This document shows positions 54,717 to 64,000 of a DNA stretch of 64,000 nt, one piece after another (the stretch's first letter is position 1; every line of letters begins with the position of its first letter). The stretch is from an uncultured virus (IMG/VR IMGVR_UViG_3300025572_000450). Taxonomy: Duplodnaviria > Heunggongvirae > Uroviricota > Caudoviricetes. The position numbers and the translations under genes are program-made. The notes below the pieces were generated by a model. It had not been told where the DNA came from and made no database searches. It saw only the letters and a program-made list of their open reading frames with translations. The stretch lies in IMG/VR virus record IMGVR_UViG_3300025572_000450; one strand, 5' to 3'.

Positions 54717-55673
54717 ATGCAGATAGATACCTCTTTTACCTCAACTCACTCCAGCAGCCGAAACGGCGCGCCAGTGCTGGCCATTGTTATCCACGCAACT
54801 GCTGGCACCAACAGTCTGTCTTGGTTGATCAAGAATCCCGATCAAGTCAGTGCTCACTACCTTATTCGCAAAGATGGCTGGATCTATCAACTGGTCGCGC
54901 TTGATCGAGCGGCACACCACTGCGGTTACAGTAAGATCACCGTTGATGGCAAAACTTACAGCCAAAGCACCAGTCCAGACCCAAACCAAATCTCGGTTGG
55001 GATCGAGCTAGAGAATCTCAACAACGGCAAAGACCCCTATCCGGTCGCACAAATCGCCGCCCTTCGCGAGCTACTTGACTTTCTGCGCGCTCGCTACCCC
55101 AAGGCTTTACTCTTTTTCCACCGCGATATCGATACGCGAGGAAAAACCGACCCTCGCGGCCTCGATTGGCCTGACATTTTCCCGCCCGATCCTAAGCCAC
55201 ATACCCGTGTAATCGGCACGGGCCCAAGTGTCACATACGAGCAGTTCACCGCCTGGCTGAAGCGCCGCAAAGCGCCGATCGTCGATGTCGTGATTGAGCG
55301 CATTTACCAGCTTTCTGTCTGGCTCGATATCGATCCCGCCTTCATCGCTGCGATCTGGGCACACGAGACCAGCCAAACGCCCGGCGTGATTGGCAGTTCA
55401 GATCTGTTTAAAAAGAGCAATAACGCGGGCGCGATCGTCGCCTACGGCCGTTGGCCGAGTGTGACCCACAATGGGCGACAATTCAACAAGTATGAGTCGG
55501 CCCAGCTCGGCTTGATGCATCTTGTTGTGCACCTAAAGCAGATCTATGGCGCGGTTGGGCTACTTGATGTTGAGACGATTATTCCTGTGTACGCACCGGC
55601 TGAAGATAACAACCAGCCACAGAGCTACATTCAGGCCGTGCTGCGCGACATGAGAGAGATGAGGTCGCTGTGA
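54717..55673 (+). CDS. Endolysin: amidase plus glucosaminidase-like domain
   Basis: IVIHAT, SAHY, SVGIELEN, HRDI..KTDP; AIWAHET. Confidence 0.9.
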   Translation: MQIDTSFTSTHSSSRNGAPVLAIVIHATAGTNSLSWLIKNPDQVSAHYLIRKDGWIYQLVALDRAAHHCGYSKITVDGKTYSQSTSPDPNQISVGIELENLNNGKDPYPVAQIAALRELLDFLRARYPKALLFFHRDIDTRGKTDPRGLDWPDIFPPDPKPHTRVIGTGPSVTYEQFTAWLKRRKAPIVDVVIERIYQLSVWLDIDPAFIAAIWAHETSQTPGVIGSSDLFKKSNNAGAIVAYGRWPSVTHNGRQFNKYESAQLGLMHLVVHLKQIYGAVGLLDVETIIPVYAPAEDNNQPQSYIQAVLRDMREMRSL

Positions 55674-55939
55674 CAAGTGATTTGGGCGATGCGCAAGAGC
55701 ATTTACAGGCGGCTTATCACGATTTTTTGAAAGCGCTGGCGAGTCAAGAGCAGCAACAAATTGATGCGTCAGCTGGCCGAGCGGCCGAGGCTTGGCAGCT
55801 TTTCATTGTTCGACTGATTGAACGTCACACCGCCATGGCGGCATCGGCGGCGCTGGCGCTGACCAGGCGCTACGAGGAGCGAATTACCAAGTTGGAAAAA
55901 CGGCTCGATGCTGAAAATCACGATAACTGGAGAGGGTAA
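55670..55939 (+). CDS. Hypothetical helical protein
   Basis: Coupled ORF in the lysis cassette. Confidence 0.55.
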   Translation: MTSDLGDAQEHLQAAYHDFLKALASQEQQQIDASAGRAAEAWQLFIVRLIERHTAMAASAALALTRRYEERITKLEKRLDAENHDNWRG

Positions 55940-56540
55940 GCCGCTGTTTACCCTAGTTGTAACCCTAGGAGGGGTGCTGCTAGTCGCCTATGCTGCTGTG
56001 ATTGGGATTACACCTTTTGAGCGACGGATTATACTGGTTCTTCTTTTCAATCTGCTTTTCTGGAATATTTTATCGCTTCTGAGTTTTCTAGATCGACGAA
56101 TGGCGCGCTGGCGCTTTTACGGCAACGAACTCTACTATCGATATATTCGCCGTATCGCACTCCAGCGCGACCAGGCGCTTGCGAAAGCTCATGACTTGCA
56201 AGTCGACATGGACCTAGCGCGTGCACATTACACTCAAATAGAGAATGAATTGCGCGCTGTTAAGCGAGATCTTGATGAGCGAGAGAAGCAGCTCGGCGCT
56301 GCGCAAAAACATATTCGTAATCAAATGCAGGAGAAAGAGGCGCTGCGCCAAGAGGCTCAGCAACGTATTAACAGTTTAAAAATGGAAATTGAAGCACTAA
56401 CGAAGGCAAAAGCGCAAGCGAAAACAGAATATGCTCTTCTTCTTCTCTTTGTTGCCACTATGTGCATTGGCCTGGTATCAGTGATTGGTTTGTTTCTACT
56501 GGCTGTTTTTACACAAGTGACGGAGTTTTTCCTGCAATGA
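55908..56540 (+). CDS. Lysis-cassette membrane coiled-coil protein
   Basis: Homolog of 6335-6871 joined to 6846-6986. Confidence 0.7.
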   Translation: MLKITITGEGKPLFTLVVTLGGVLLVAYAAVIGITPFERRIILVLLFNLLFWNILSLLSFLDRRMARWRFYGNELYYRYIRRIALQRDQALAKAHDLQVDMDLARAHYTQIENELRAVKRDLDEREKQLGAAQKHIRNQMQEKEALRQEAQQRINSLKMEIEALTKAKAQAKTEYALLLLFVATMCIGLVSVIGLFLLAVFTQVTEFFLQ

Positions 56541-56914
56541 ACATGCTCGACCGCATCCTTGAATACTTCACGCTCAAAAACGTTCTTGACGGTCTTGCGT
56601 TTATCATCATCGTTCTTGCCGTCATTCCGCCTTACGCCGAAGTCTATAACGTTCATCTGCCTGCAGAGCTTTTGATGATTATCGGAATTCTGCTGGCAGC
56701 GCTGAAGGAGGCTGAACGACGCTTACAGAAGCGCTTAGCAGCGGAGCCGAGCGCAGAACAAGAGAGTGTCATTGCACAACTACAGGACGAATTGAGTACA
56801 TATGCAATAACGTTGGCCAAGCGCAATCGGGAGCTCATTGAGCTGCGTTCGAAGATTGAGCGCACCGAGCGAGTCGAGCAGGATGGAGAGCCAGAGCGGG
56901 AGCTCGAGCAATGA
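56537..56914 (+). CDS. Holin-like protein
   Basis: Homolog of 6983-7399. Confidence 0.65.
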   Translation: MNMLDRILEYFTLKNVLDGLAFIIIVLAVIPPYAEVYNVHLPAELLMIIGILLAALKEAERRLQKRLAAEPSAEQESVIAQLQDELSTYAITLAKRNRELIELRSKIERTERVEQDGEPERELEQ

Positions 56915-57363
56915 AGCAAAAACGACGGTATAGCCGGCGCACCGAGTGGCCGGTCCTGCTGCTGATCTTGGTCTTTGCATTTTTAGCGGTTATGCCGTCC
57001 GCACGGGCCGCCGTGCCGCGCATCTACCGAATTCAGTACACCCCGACATCTGATGGCGTACACATGGTCATAGGCTTCGAGGGGTTTGGGCGCGAACCGA
57101 GTATTCAGATTGTTAATGGTAAACTCGGCACAGTGTCGATCTTGGACCAGGGCAACGAATTTCACGGCGCAATAGCATTCAGATTGAACTGGTGTGATAG
57201 CCGGCTACTTCTTGATGGTCGAGTGGTGGCCGAGCAGCGCTGCTTGTGGCTTCCGGTAGTGAGGAGACTATCAAGTGAATCTTTATCTCTTGTTTCGCAT
57301 CTCAACAGACCGCGTGTTGATCGATATTATTCTATGGCCTCCTGTGTGGGAATGGAACTTTAA
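56911..57363 (+). CDS. Secreted protein; intact homolog of the gene interrupted at 14421/21630
   Basis: Signal peptide and shared motifs. Confidence 0.7.
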   Translation: MKQKRRYSRRTEWPVLLLILVFAFLAVMPSARAAVPRIYRIQYTPTSDGVHMVIGFEGFGREPSIQIVNGKLGTVSILDQGNEFHGAIAFRLNWCDSRLLLDGRVVAEQRCLWLPVVRRLSSESLSLVSHLNRPRVDRYYSMASCVGMEL

Positions 57364-57409
57364 AGAAGGGCGATATGGGCCGATTGAGGTTGATATAAGT
57401 AGATGGTGA
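57275..57409 (+). CDS. 44-aa Trp/Pro-rich small protein (not in ORF track)
   Basis: GAGGAG RBS, GTG start; MNLYLLFRISTDRVLIDIILWPPVWEWNFKEGRYGPIEVDISRW. Confidence 0.7.
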   Translation: MNLYLLFRISTDRVLIDIILWPPVWEWNFKEGRYGPIEVDISRW

Positions 57410-57472
57410 AGCAACCACCACCACCCGCCCGAAGGGCGTCTTTGATTTATTGATTTCTTACAGGGTTTTTCA

Positions 57473-57880
57473 ATGGCAGGTAAAGGCGGAGCGCGGCCCG
57501 GCGCTGGTCGCAAACCAAAAGCAGAGAAATTTAAGCAGCCGATCGCTAAAGCAGAAAAGCGCATCGCTGATCGCTTGCCGAGCCTGATCGACAAGATGCT
57601 CGATCTTGCCGATGGTGTCATGGTTGAAGAGGTCGATCTAAGCGGAGAAAAAACGGTCTATCAACGGCCTCCAGATCGAGTGGCTTTGATCTATTTGATT
57701 GATCGCATTATGGGCAAGCCAACCGAGCGGCGCGAGCTCAGCGGACCAGAGCGCGGCCCTATTCCAGTAGAAACATTTGACTATGGCACTGCTATTGCCG
57801 CGATTGCGGATGGATCAGACGAGGATAGCGAAGCATCCAGCGAAGACGCAAGTCTTGGCGATGGGGAGGCGATGGGGTAA
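57473..57880 (+). CDS. Terminase small subunit (phage 2)
   Basis: GGARPGAGRK..DRIMGKP..ELSG. Confidence 0.75.
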   Translation: MAGKGGARPGAGRKPKAEKFKQPIAKAEKRIADRLPSLIDKMLDLADGVMVEEVDLSGEKTVYQRPPDRVALIYLIDRIMGKPTERRELSGPERGPIPVETFDYGTAIAAIADGSDEDSEASSEDASLGDGEAMG

Positions 57881-58991
57881 GTCAACGCTTGGCGGTTCGC
57901 TGTCGCTGGCCTGCGCAAACGCTGGCGCGAAAGTTGCTTGGGTTGTGCCGACTTATAAAAACGGTCGACCGCTCTGGCGTTGGGCCGAGGCCACCGTTGC
58001 ACCCGTGCGGCGTTTGGGCGTCGATATCAGCCGATCGGAGCGAATGATATCGTTTCCATCGGGAGGATTTCTGGGGATCTATTCGGCTGACAACCCAACA
58101 AGCATCTTGGGCGACTCGTTCCATTTAGTGGTTATCGACGAGGCCGCCCGAATCGCTGAAGAGGTGTGGACCGAAACCCTCTTGCCGACACTGGCCGACT
58201 ACGACGGGCGCGCCCTGCTGATCAGTTCGCCGCGTGGTCGAAACTGGTTTTACAACGAATGGTGTCGTGGTCAACGACCAAACAGCGAGATTAAAAGCTG
58301 GCGAGCGCCGACCTCGGCCAACCCAAACCCGCGCATTCAGCGAGCGGCCCAGCTGGCCCGGGAGCGTATTCCAAACGCTGTTTATCGCCAAGAGTGGAAT
58401 GCCGAGTTTGTTGAAGATGGTCTTACCCTCTTTCGCCTGGTCGATGTTGAGCACGCCGAGATCGATGCGGTCGGTGATCAGCCTAAGCAAGAGGGCCATA
58501 GCTATCTGACCAGTGTGGATATTGGCCGCCGGCAAGATGCAACCATTATCAACACGTTCGACACAACAAAAGAGCCATTCCAGCGCGTAGCCTTCGAGCG
58601 CCTAGAGCGCGTACCTTATCCCGTTATTCAAAGCCATATCGAACGGCGCTGGAAGCAATACGGCGGCGCGCTGGTGATCGAATCGAACGGTGTTGGTGAT
58701 CCAGTCATTGAAAACTTGAGGGTGCCAGCAACGCCATTTGTAACCAGCAGCCGCACCAAAGTGCAGGCGATCGAAGCGCTGCAGCTGTTGTTAGAAAAAG
58801 GTCGCCTCAAAGCCAAGTGGGATCAGCGCGAACGATCAGAGCTCGACAAAGCCGCCTGGGATGATGACCATACCGCCGACGAGATTATGAGCTTGGCGAT
58901 CGGTGCCTATCAGCTACAAAATAACCTAGATGTAAGTCAATGGATTCAACGATATCAGACAGCACGAGGCCAACATGCCGACGCCACCTAA
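57777..58991 (+). CDS. terL: Terminase large subunit (phage 2)
   Basis: MGRRWGKS, VIDEAA, ISSPRG, SVDIG, DEIMSLA. Confidence 0.9.
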   Translation: MTMALLLPRLRMDQTRIAKHPAKTQVLAMGRRWGKSTLGGSLSLACANAGAKVAWVVPTYKNGRPLWRWAEATVAPVRRLGVDISRSERMISFPSGGFLGIYSADNPTSILGDSFHLVVIDEAARIAEEVWTETLLPTLADYDGRALLISSPRGRNWFYNEWCRGQRPNSEIKSWRAPTSANPNPRIQRAAQLARERIPNAVYRQEWNAEFVEDGLTLFRLVDVEHAEIDAVGDQPKQEGHSYLTSVDIGRRQDATIINTFDTTKEPFQRVAFERLERVPYPVIQSHIERRWKQYGGALVIESNGVGDPVIENLRVPATPFVTSSRTKVQAIEALQLLLEKGRLKAKWDQRERSELDKAAWDDDHTADEIMSLAIGAYQLQNNLDVSQWIQRYQTARGQHADAT

Positions 58992-61095
58992 TGGACGAAT
59001 AATAGATCTAAGCTATGCCGCTGCGCGGATCGCCGATCGCGTGATCGGCTCGAATTTCAGCAGCTTGATGGCGACGCGCTTTGGGCCGGGCCAGCCTATC
59101 GCGCCGACGGCGAGCGCAAGCGACCAGGCCGCCGGGCCGCGCCAGTTCCAATATCCGGTTGCGGTCAATACCAACATTGTCACGCCTCGGCGCGAGTATC
59201 CCCAACTTACGCCCTTTGAGCAGTTGCGCAGCCTAGCGGCATCGTATGACGTCGCCTCCTTGTGCATTGCTACTATCACTGACATTGTGTCTAACCTCGA
59301 ATTGCAGATCGTTGCCAAGAACAAGAAAGAGCAGGCCGCCGAAAATGGAACCTGCGACGCGCTGCGCGATTGGTTTAGCAAGCCCGATAAAGTCAACGAT
59401 TTAAGCTCTTGGCTCACCATGCTGATCTATGACCAGCTGGTGCTCGATGCCTTGACGATCTATCCAAGGCGAGCCCAGGGCGGCGGCCTGTGGGGCCTTG
59501 AAGTGGTCGACGGCTCGACGATCAAGCCGCTGCTCGATACACGCGGCCAAGTAGCCGCTTATCAGCAGATTCTCTTTGGTACACCATGGAGCAACTACGA
59601 ACGATCCGACGGCGCGCCCGACGATGACGACTTCCCGCAGTTCAGCACGCAAGAGCTGCTGTATAAGCCGCGTTGGACCCGTACCATCACGCCCTATGGC
59701 TTTCCACCCACAGAGCGCATCATTATTCGCGTCAATATGGCGCTGCGCAAGCAAACCCAAGACCTGAGCCGCTTCACCGATAGCAATATCCCCGCTGGTG
59801 TGATGTCACCGCCCGACGGCATTATGAACCCTGAACAGGTGGCCGCTTGGGAAGAATGGTGGAATGCCAAGCTGGCCGGTAGCGACGTTGCGCGATCGCG
59901 AATTGTGTTTTCGCCTTGGAAGGGTAACTTTATTCCCTTCAGCGAATTGTCTGAAGGTGGTCGCTACGAAAGTGCGCTCGACGAGTGGATGCTCAAAGTA
60001 ACCTGCGCAGCCTACGGTGTGCCGCCCCAAGAGCTTGGCTTCACCGCCGATATCAACAAGGCCACCGGTGAGATTCAGCAGAATGCGCTCTATCGGCGCT
60101 GTATTATTCCGCTGACACAATGGTTGGTACGAACGATCTTTAATCCGATTATTCAATCTCCTGAATATCTTGGCCAGCCTCAGCTGGAAGCGAAATTCGA
60201 GTATGGCGAAAGCGCGGACTCGCTCAAGCAGGCCCAAGAAGACAGGATCTATTTTGACACTGGCGCAGTCTCTAGCGACGAACTGCGCGCTATGCGCTAT
60301 CCCGACTTGGAAGGGAAAGCGCCCGGTGTGCCTGTTACCCCAACTGCTCCAGTGTCTGCACCTAATCCTGCTCCTATCGAGCAAATGGCCAAAGCCGAGA
60401 TTAGCAAGGTCGGCGATGAACAAGAGCCGCCCCACGAGCGCGAGCGCCGCCAGTGGGAGAACAAGTTGCTCACTTGGCTGACCGAGATCTATGGCCGCCA
60501 GGCTGAGCGGATTCGCGACGCGCTGCGCGAGGCTGGCGATGCAATCAATATTGACGAGATCTTTGCCAGTGAGACGCTGGCCATCTTGCGCGATATCTTG
60601 CCCCACTATGATGACATTCTCAGCAATGCCGCTGTGTTGGCATTCGACGAGGTGCCGATCGGCGTTGACTGGGATCTGGTTAATAGCGCGGTGTTCGATC
60701 TAGCCAAGCAAGAGGCCCAACGCTTTGCAAGCGAAGTCAGCGAGACCAGCAAGGCCCAGACCGCCAAGCTTATTGCCGATTGGATCGAAACCGGCGGCAC
60801 CATGGATGAACTGATCGAGCGTGTTGGGCGCGTTTGGAGCGGGCCGCGTGCTGATGTAGCCGCTATCACAGAAGTGACTCGCCTGTTTGCCGCTGGCAAC
60901 CGTGCTGCTTGGCAGGCCTCGGGCGTTGTGCAATCGCTGCAATGGAAGACCGCCAACGATGAACGGGTGTGCCCGGTCTGTGGGCCGCTCCACAATAGCG
61001 AGCTAGCGCTTGATAGCACGGCCATTCCCCCGGCGCACCCGCGCTGTCGCTGTTGGATTGTGCCGATCGTCAAGCCGATTCCCAAGCGAGGCTAA
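58975..61095 (+). CDS. Portal protein fused to a MuF/SPP1 gp7-like minor head domain
   Basis: Portal motifs (VDGSTI, YGFPP, YGVPPQELG) then TEVTR..DERVCPVC..PPAHPRCRC. Confidence 0.85.
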   Translation: MPTPPNGRIIDLSYAAARIADRVIGSNFSSLMATRFGPGQPIAPTASASDQAAGPRQFQYPVAVNTNIVTPRREYPQLTPFEQLRSLAASYDVASLCIATITDIVSNLELQIVAKNKKEQAAENGTCDALRDWFSKPDKVNDLSSWLTMLIYDQLVLDALTIYPRRAQGGGLWGLEVVDGSTIKPLLDTRGQVAAYQQILFGTPWSNYERSDGAPDDDDFPQFSTQELLYKPRWTRTITPYGFPPTERIIIRVNMALRKQTQDLSRFTDSNIPAGVMSPPDGIMNPEQVAAWEEWWNAKLAGSDVARSRIVFSPWKGNFIPFSELSEGGRYESALDEWMLKVTCAAYGVPPQELGFTADINKATGEIQQNALYRRCIIPLTQWLVRTIFNPIIQSPEYLGQPQLEAKFEYGESADSLKQAQEDRIYFDTGAVSSDELRAMRYPDLEGKAPGVPVTPTAPVSAPNPAPIEQMAKAEISKVGDEQEPPHERERRQWENKLLTWLTEIYGRQAERIRDALREAGDAINIDEIFASETLAILRDILPHYDDILSNAAVLAFDEVPIGVDWDLVNSAVFDLAKQEAQRFASEVSETSKAQTAKLIADWIETGGTMDELIERVGRVWSGPRADVAAITEVTRLFAAGNRAAWQASGVVQSLQWKTANDERVCPVCGPLHNSELALDSTAIPPAHPRCRCWIVPIVKPIPKRG

Positions 61096-61097
61096 GT

Positions 61098-61499
61098 ATG
61101 CCAATCGAAGTAGTTGGCCTGAATGAAACAATCAAGGATTGCCAAGAGGCACCAGAGCTGATCAAAGAGCTGCTGCTACCAGCGATGGAAGCATCGCTCT
61201 TATCGTTGCTGCCAGATCTGGCAGACTATCCGCCAGCGCGCCCTACAAGTGACCGCAAAGGCATTCTAGCGAAGTTTTGGACAACCGCCAAACCTGAATT
61301 TACATCACTGGCAAGCGGCTTTGAAGGCAGTGTTGGCAATAAGCTGCATTACGCTCCTTTTGTTCAAGGATCGCCGCAGGCTCGCCCATTTCGCGGCTGG
61401 TGGAATGAAGCCGAGAAGGTTCTACAAAAACATAAGCCAGATATTGAAGCGCGATTACAAGCCGCCATAGAGGATATCAACCTAGAATTAGGCAGATAG
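61098..61499 (+). CDS. HK97 gp10-like or neck protein
   Basis: IEVVGL..VGNKLHYAPFVQ. Confidence 0.65.
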   Translation: MPIEVVGLNETIKDCQEAPELIKELLLPAMEASLLSLLPDLADYPPARPTSDRKGILAKFWTTAKPEFTSLASGFEGSVGNKLHYAPFVQGSPQARPFRGWWNEAEKVLQKHKPDIEARLQAAIEDINLELGR

Positions 61500-61502
61500 C
61501 GT

Positions 61503-61700
61503 ATGCAAACTAAATATGCTACAATACCAAGAGACGAACAAACGAGCGCACCAAACGACATTGTTGAACTACGCGGACCATCAGGAAGGCTGTATGGACG
61601 CCTCAATCTACAAACACTCGAATTAGAGGTAAAGTGTAAGAACGAAGCGCCAGAGCGCATCGATCTACGCCAATTCCTTCAAGCTAGCAAGCTAGCCTAA
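61503..61700 (+). CDS. Small Com-like putative regulator
   Basis: VELRGPSGRLYGRL..LEVKC; precedes a hairpin and the head genes. Confidence 0.45.
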   Translation: MQTKYATIPRDEQTSAPNDIVELRGPSGRLYGRLNLQTLELEVKCKNEAPERIDLRQFLQASKLA

Positions 61701-61708
61701 ATATCTTA

Positions 61709-61760
61709 GAGTACTGTAAGTACCCCTTTCCCTTGCGGGATTGTGGGTACTTTTTATTTG
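61709..61760 (+). promoter_or_regulatory. AGTAC repeat plus terminator-like hairpin in the head-gene leader
   Basis: AAGTACCC / GGGTACTT plus T-run. Confidence 0.55.
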
Positions 61761-61770
61761 GATTACAGCT

Positions 61771-63042
61771 ATGCCCTATCTCTTTACACCAATTGCCAAA
61801 CAAGATACCGAGCAGCGGATTGTCTATGGCATCGCCTCGACCGATACCCTTGATAATCAGCCGGGTGTTATGGACGGCGTGTCCTACGCCGGCGATATTG
61901 TTGACCCAAGCGCAGTAAAAGACGCGCTCGACGATTACTTGCAGTGGGCCAACGTGCGTGAGATGCACAACCCGGTTGCGGCCGGTACCGCAATCGCTGC
62001 CGACGTGATCAACGGCAAGCTGATGCTAGCCGTCAAGGTAGTTGATGACACTGCTTGGAAGAAAGTTAGAGAGGGCGTCTACAAGGGTTTCTCGATCGGC
62101 GGGCGGGTTCTCAAGGCGGTTCTTGAAAAACTGCCCGATGGTCGCTACGTTCGCCGCATTCTGAAACTGCTTTTGACAGAGATCAGCCTGGTCGATCGGC
62201 CAGCGAATCCGGATGCTCGCATTCTCGTGTTTAAAGGAACCGCGATGGACAAAGAAGAAGAAGAGAAGACAGAAGAGTCGCCCCAAGCACTTGCAGCGCT
62301 CCAGAAGCTGGCCGAAAAGGTTGCGCCACAGCTCCAGCTCCAAAAAGCAAGTGCAGACCCGGCCAAGATCGTCGCCTTGATCCAAGCCGCTCGCAACGAG
62401 TGCGAACTGGGCGGCGATATGCAGGGCGCGCAACTCTACACCCAAGCGATCGCGCTGGTGATGCAGGCCTCGGGTGAGGCTGACGCAACAACGGAAGCTA
62501 GCGAGACAGAGACGAGCGAGACAGAGACGAGCGAGGTCGTAGAGAGCGCAGGCGCGGTCGCCCTGGCCGCAAAGGCCACGCTCAAGAAGGCAGGTAAGGC
62601 GATTAGCAGCGAGCGCATGAACGCGCTCAAGCAGGCGGCCAAAGCCTTGGTGCAGATGGCTGCCGATGCAGGCGATGAAGAGTGCATGGCAGCGCTGAAG
62701 GCCTTTGGTGTTGGAGCATCGACCAACGAAGAAGGTGTCGAACTGGCGGCCAAAGCGATCAGCAGCGAGCTAGAGAAAGTGCTGACGCCGTTCGCAACTG
62801 TGCTTACCAGCATCGATGCTCGTTTGAGCAAAGTGGAAGCACAGCCGGTAGCAGGTGGTCCAGTGCTGCGAGCTGTCGAGAAGCAGCTCGGCTCGACCAA
62901 GACGTCGCAAAAGCCGCAGATGCCTAACCTTATCAAGGCTCAATTAGATGCACTGTGGCAGAAAGCGCACACTGATCCGAATCCTGCGAAGCGGTCAGAC
63001 TATTTGAAGCAGCACAACGATCTGAAAGCGCAATACGAATAG
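61771..63042 (+). CDS. Prohead protease/scaffold fusion
   Basis: VYGIAST, VREMH, YKGFSIGG, EISLVDRPANP. Confidence 0.85.
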   Translation: MPYLFTPIAKQDTEQRIVYGIASTDTLDNQPGVMDGVSYAGDIVDPSAVKDALDDYLQWANVREMHNPVAAGTAIAADVINGKLMLAVKVVDDTAWKKVREGVYKGFSIGGRVLKAVLEKLPDGRYVRRILKLLLTEISLVDRPANPDARILVFKGTAMDKEEEEKTEESPQALAALQKLAEKVAPQLQLQKASADPAKIVALIQAARNECELGGDMQGAQLYTQAIALVMQASGEADATTEASETETSETETSEVVESAGAVALAAKATLKKAGKAISSERMNALKQAAKALVQMAADAGDEECMAALKAFGVGASTNEEGVELAAKAISSELEKVLTPFATVLTSIDARLSKVEAQPVAGGPVLRAVEKQLGSTKTSQKPQMPNLIKAQLDALWQKAHTDPNPAKRSDYLKQHNDLKAQYE

Positions 63043-63100
63043 TTCGTACTAGCGACGAAATACGCTCAATTTCTATTCGAGTTCTGAGGAGAAAAAGAAC

Positions 63101-64000
63101 ATGCCGCTGATTAATCAGGATGGTCGCGATGTGACCGCCGAAACCCTGCAATCCATTCACAAAATGATTCACGATACTGGCGTTGGTCCAGAGGGCGGCC
63201 CCGAGGATCTGCGCAAGGCTGCGGGTACGGTTACGCTAGCAAACAACCTTGTCGCCTACGACCTTGAAGCCCCTGCCAAGAACCTCTATCCGGTACAGAC
63301 GCCGTTGCGCAACCGTATTCCGCGCGAAACCAAGTCGAGCGGCGCTGGTACTGCGGCCCACTGGAAAGAAGTTTCAGCAATCAAGGGCGGTTCAGCCTTG
63401 CCGTTTATGGGATGGGTGCCTGAAGGTCGGCGCGCTCCCCGTATGGAGATCACGACCGCCGATCGCTCGGCCTCCTATGTCACATTTGGCCTAGAGAGCG
63501 ATGTCACCTTCGAAGCCCAAAGCGCAGCTGCTGGCTTCGAAGACGAGTTGGCTGCTTCGGGTATGCGCCTGCTTCAGCAGACCATGATCATCGAAGAGAA
63601 CGCGCTGCTTGGAGCAAACTGCAATGTTGCCCTCGGCACAACCGCAACGCCGACTCTGAGCGCCAGCGGGTCAAACGCGACTCTGCCGGCTGCCACCTAC
63701 AGCGTGCGGGCGTTCGCATTGACCCATGAGGGCTACCTTATGGCGTCAATCACCGGCGGTATCAAACGCTTGGAAGCAGTCACCAGCATGGACAATCGCG
63801 GCACCTATAACCTCTGTGGTGGCTCAAGCGCCGCCGGTGCGGCTGCCACCCAAGCCGTAACCCTTGGCCAAACCCTCTTTGCTAGCATTCCTGCTATCAA
63901 AGGCGCGGTTGCCTATGCCTGGTATGTCGGCACGGCTGGCAACGAAAAGCTGGAGGCGATCACCACTATTAATAGTGCCGCCTTCTCTGAACCACTCCTT
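63101..64000 (+). CDS. Major capsid protein (partial, runs off the window)
   Basis: GAGGAG RBS; NLVAYDLEAPAKNLYPVQTPLRNRIPR. Confidence 0.8.
   Translation, partial: MPLINQDGRDVTAETLQSIHKMIHDTGVGPEGGPEDLRKAAGTVTLANNLVAYDLEAPAKNLYPVQTPLRNRIPRETKSSGAGTAAHWKEVSAIKGGSALPFMGWVPEGRRAPRMEITTADRSASYVTFGLESDVTFEAQSAAAGFEDELAASGMRLLQQTMIIEENALLGANCNVALGTTATPTLSASGSNATLPAATYSVRAFALTHEGYLMASITGGIKRLEAVTSMDNRGTYNLCGGSSAAGAAATQAVTLGQTLFASIPAIKGAVAYAWYVGTAGNEKLEAITTINSAAFSEPLL

Larger units (their letters stand above)
42276..64000. mobile_element. Phage 2: temperate phage (runs off the window; left boundary approximate)
   Basis: Integrase, replication, immunity, lysis, packaging and head genes in canonical order. 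Confidence 0.85.

Noticed and set aside
59806..60606. Long antisense ORF (266 aa) and similar shadow ORFs
   Set aside because: They lie opposite well-supported genes in GC-rich sequence and show no motifs.

Overview
The window holds two different tailed-phage genomes side by side, probably from a Chloroflexi-like host (inferred from frequent CGATCG words and a secreted protein with a YLPxV motif), plus one foreign insertion. Phage 1 (about 343-41250) is a siphovirus-like structural operon (terminase, lysis, ParB, portal, scaffold, capsid, neck, tail tube, frameshifted chaperone, tape measure, tail). It also carries a ParM/RHH partition pair, an FtsK/TraB-like ATPase and a wall hydrolase, so it looks like a phage-plasmid. 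Phage 2 (about 42276 to the window end) is temperate: large serine integrase with a tRNA-His-like att, O/DnaC replication genes with iterons, a cI/cro switch, lysis, terminase, portal-MuF fusion and capsid. The strongest signal is a 7.2-kb Clostridia-like element (14422-21629). It is bounded by serine-recombinase-type att arms around a TT core, splits a phage gene whose frame is restored exactly on removal, keeps only a recombinase C-terminal remnant, and carries an atypical restriction-modification-like operon (half-MTase, Eco57I-like MTase, GIY-YIG/SF2 helicase with Tudor tail). Other signals: paired operators spaced exactly 30 bp at four promoters, GAGC-led terminator hairpins with a Com-like protein, a candidate structured RNA, and a PAPS-reductase-like three-gene module. 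All family calls come from motifs read by eye, not database searches.
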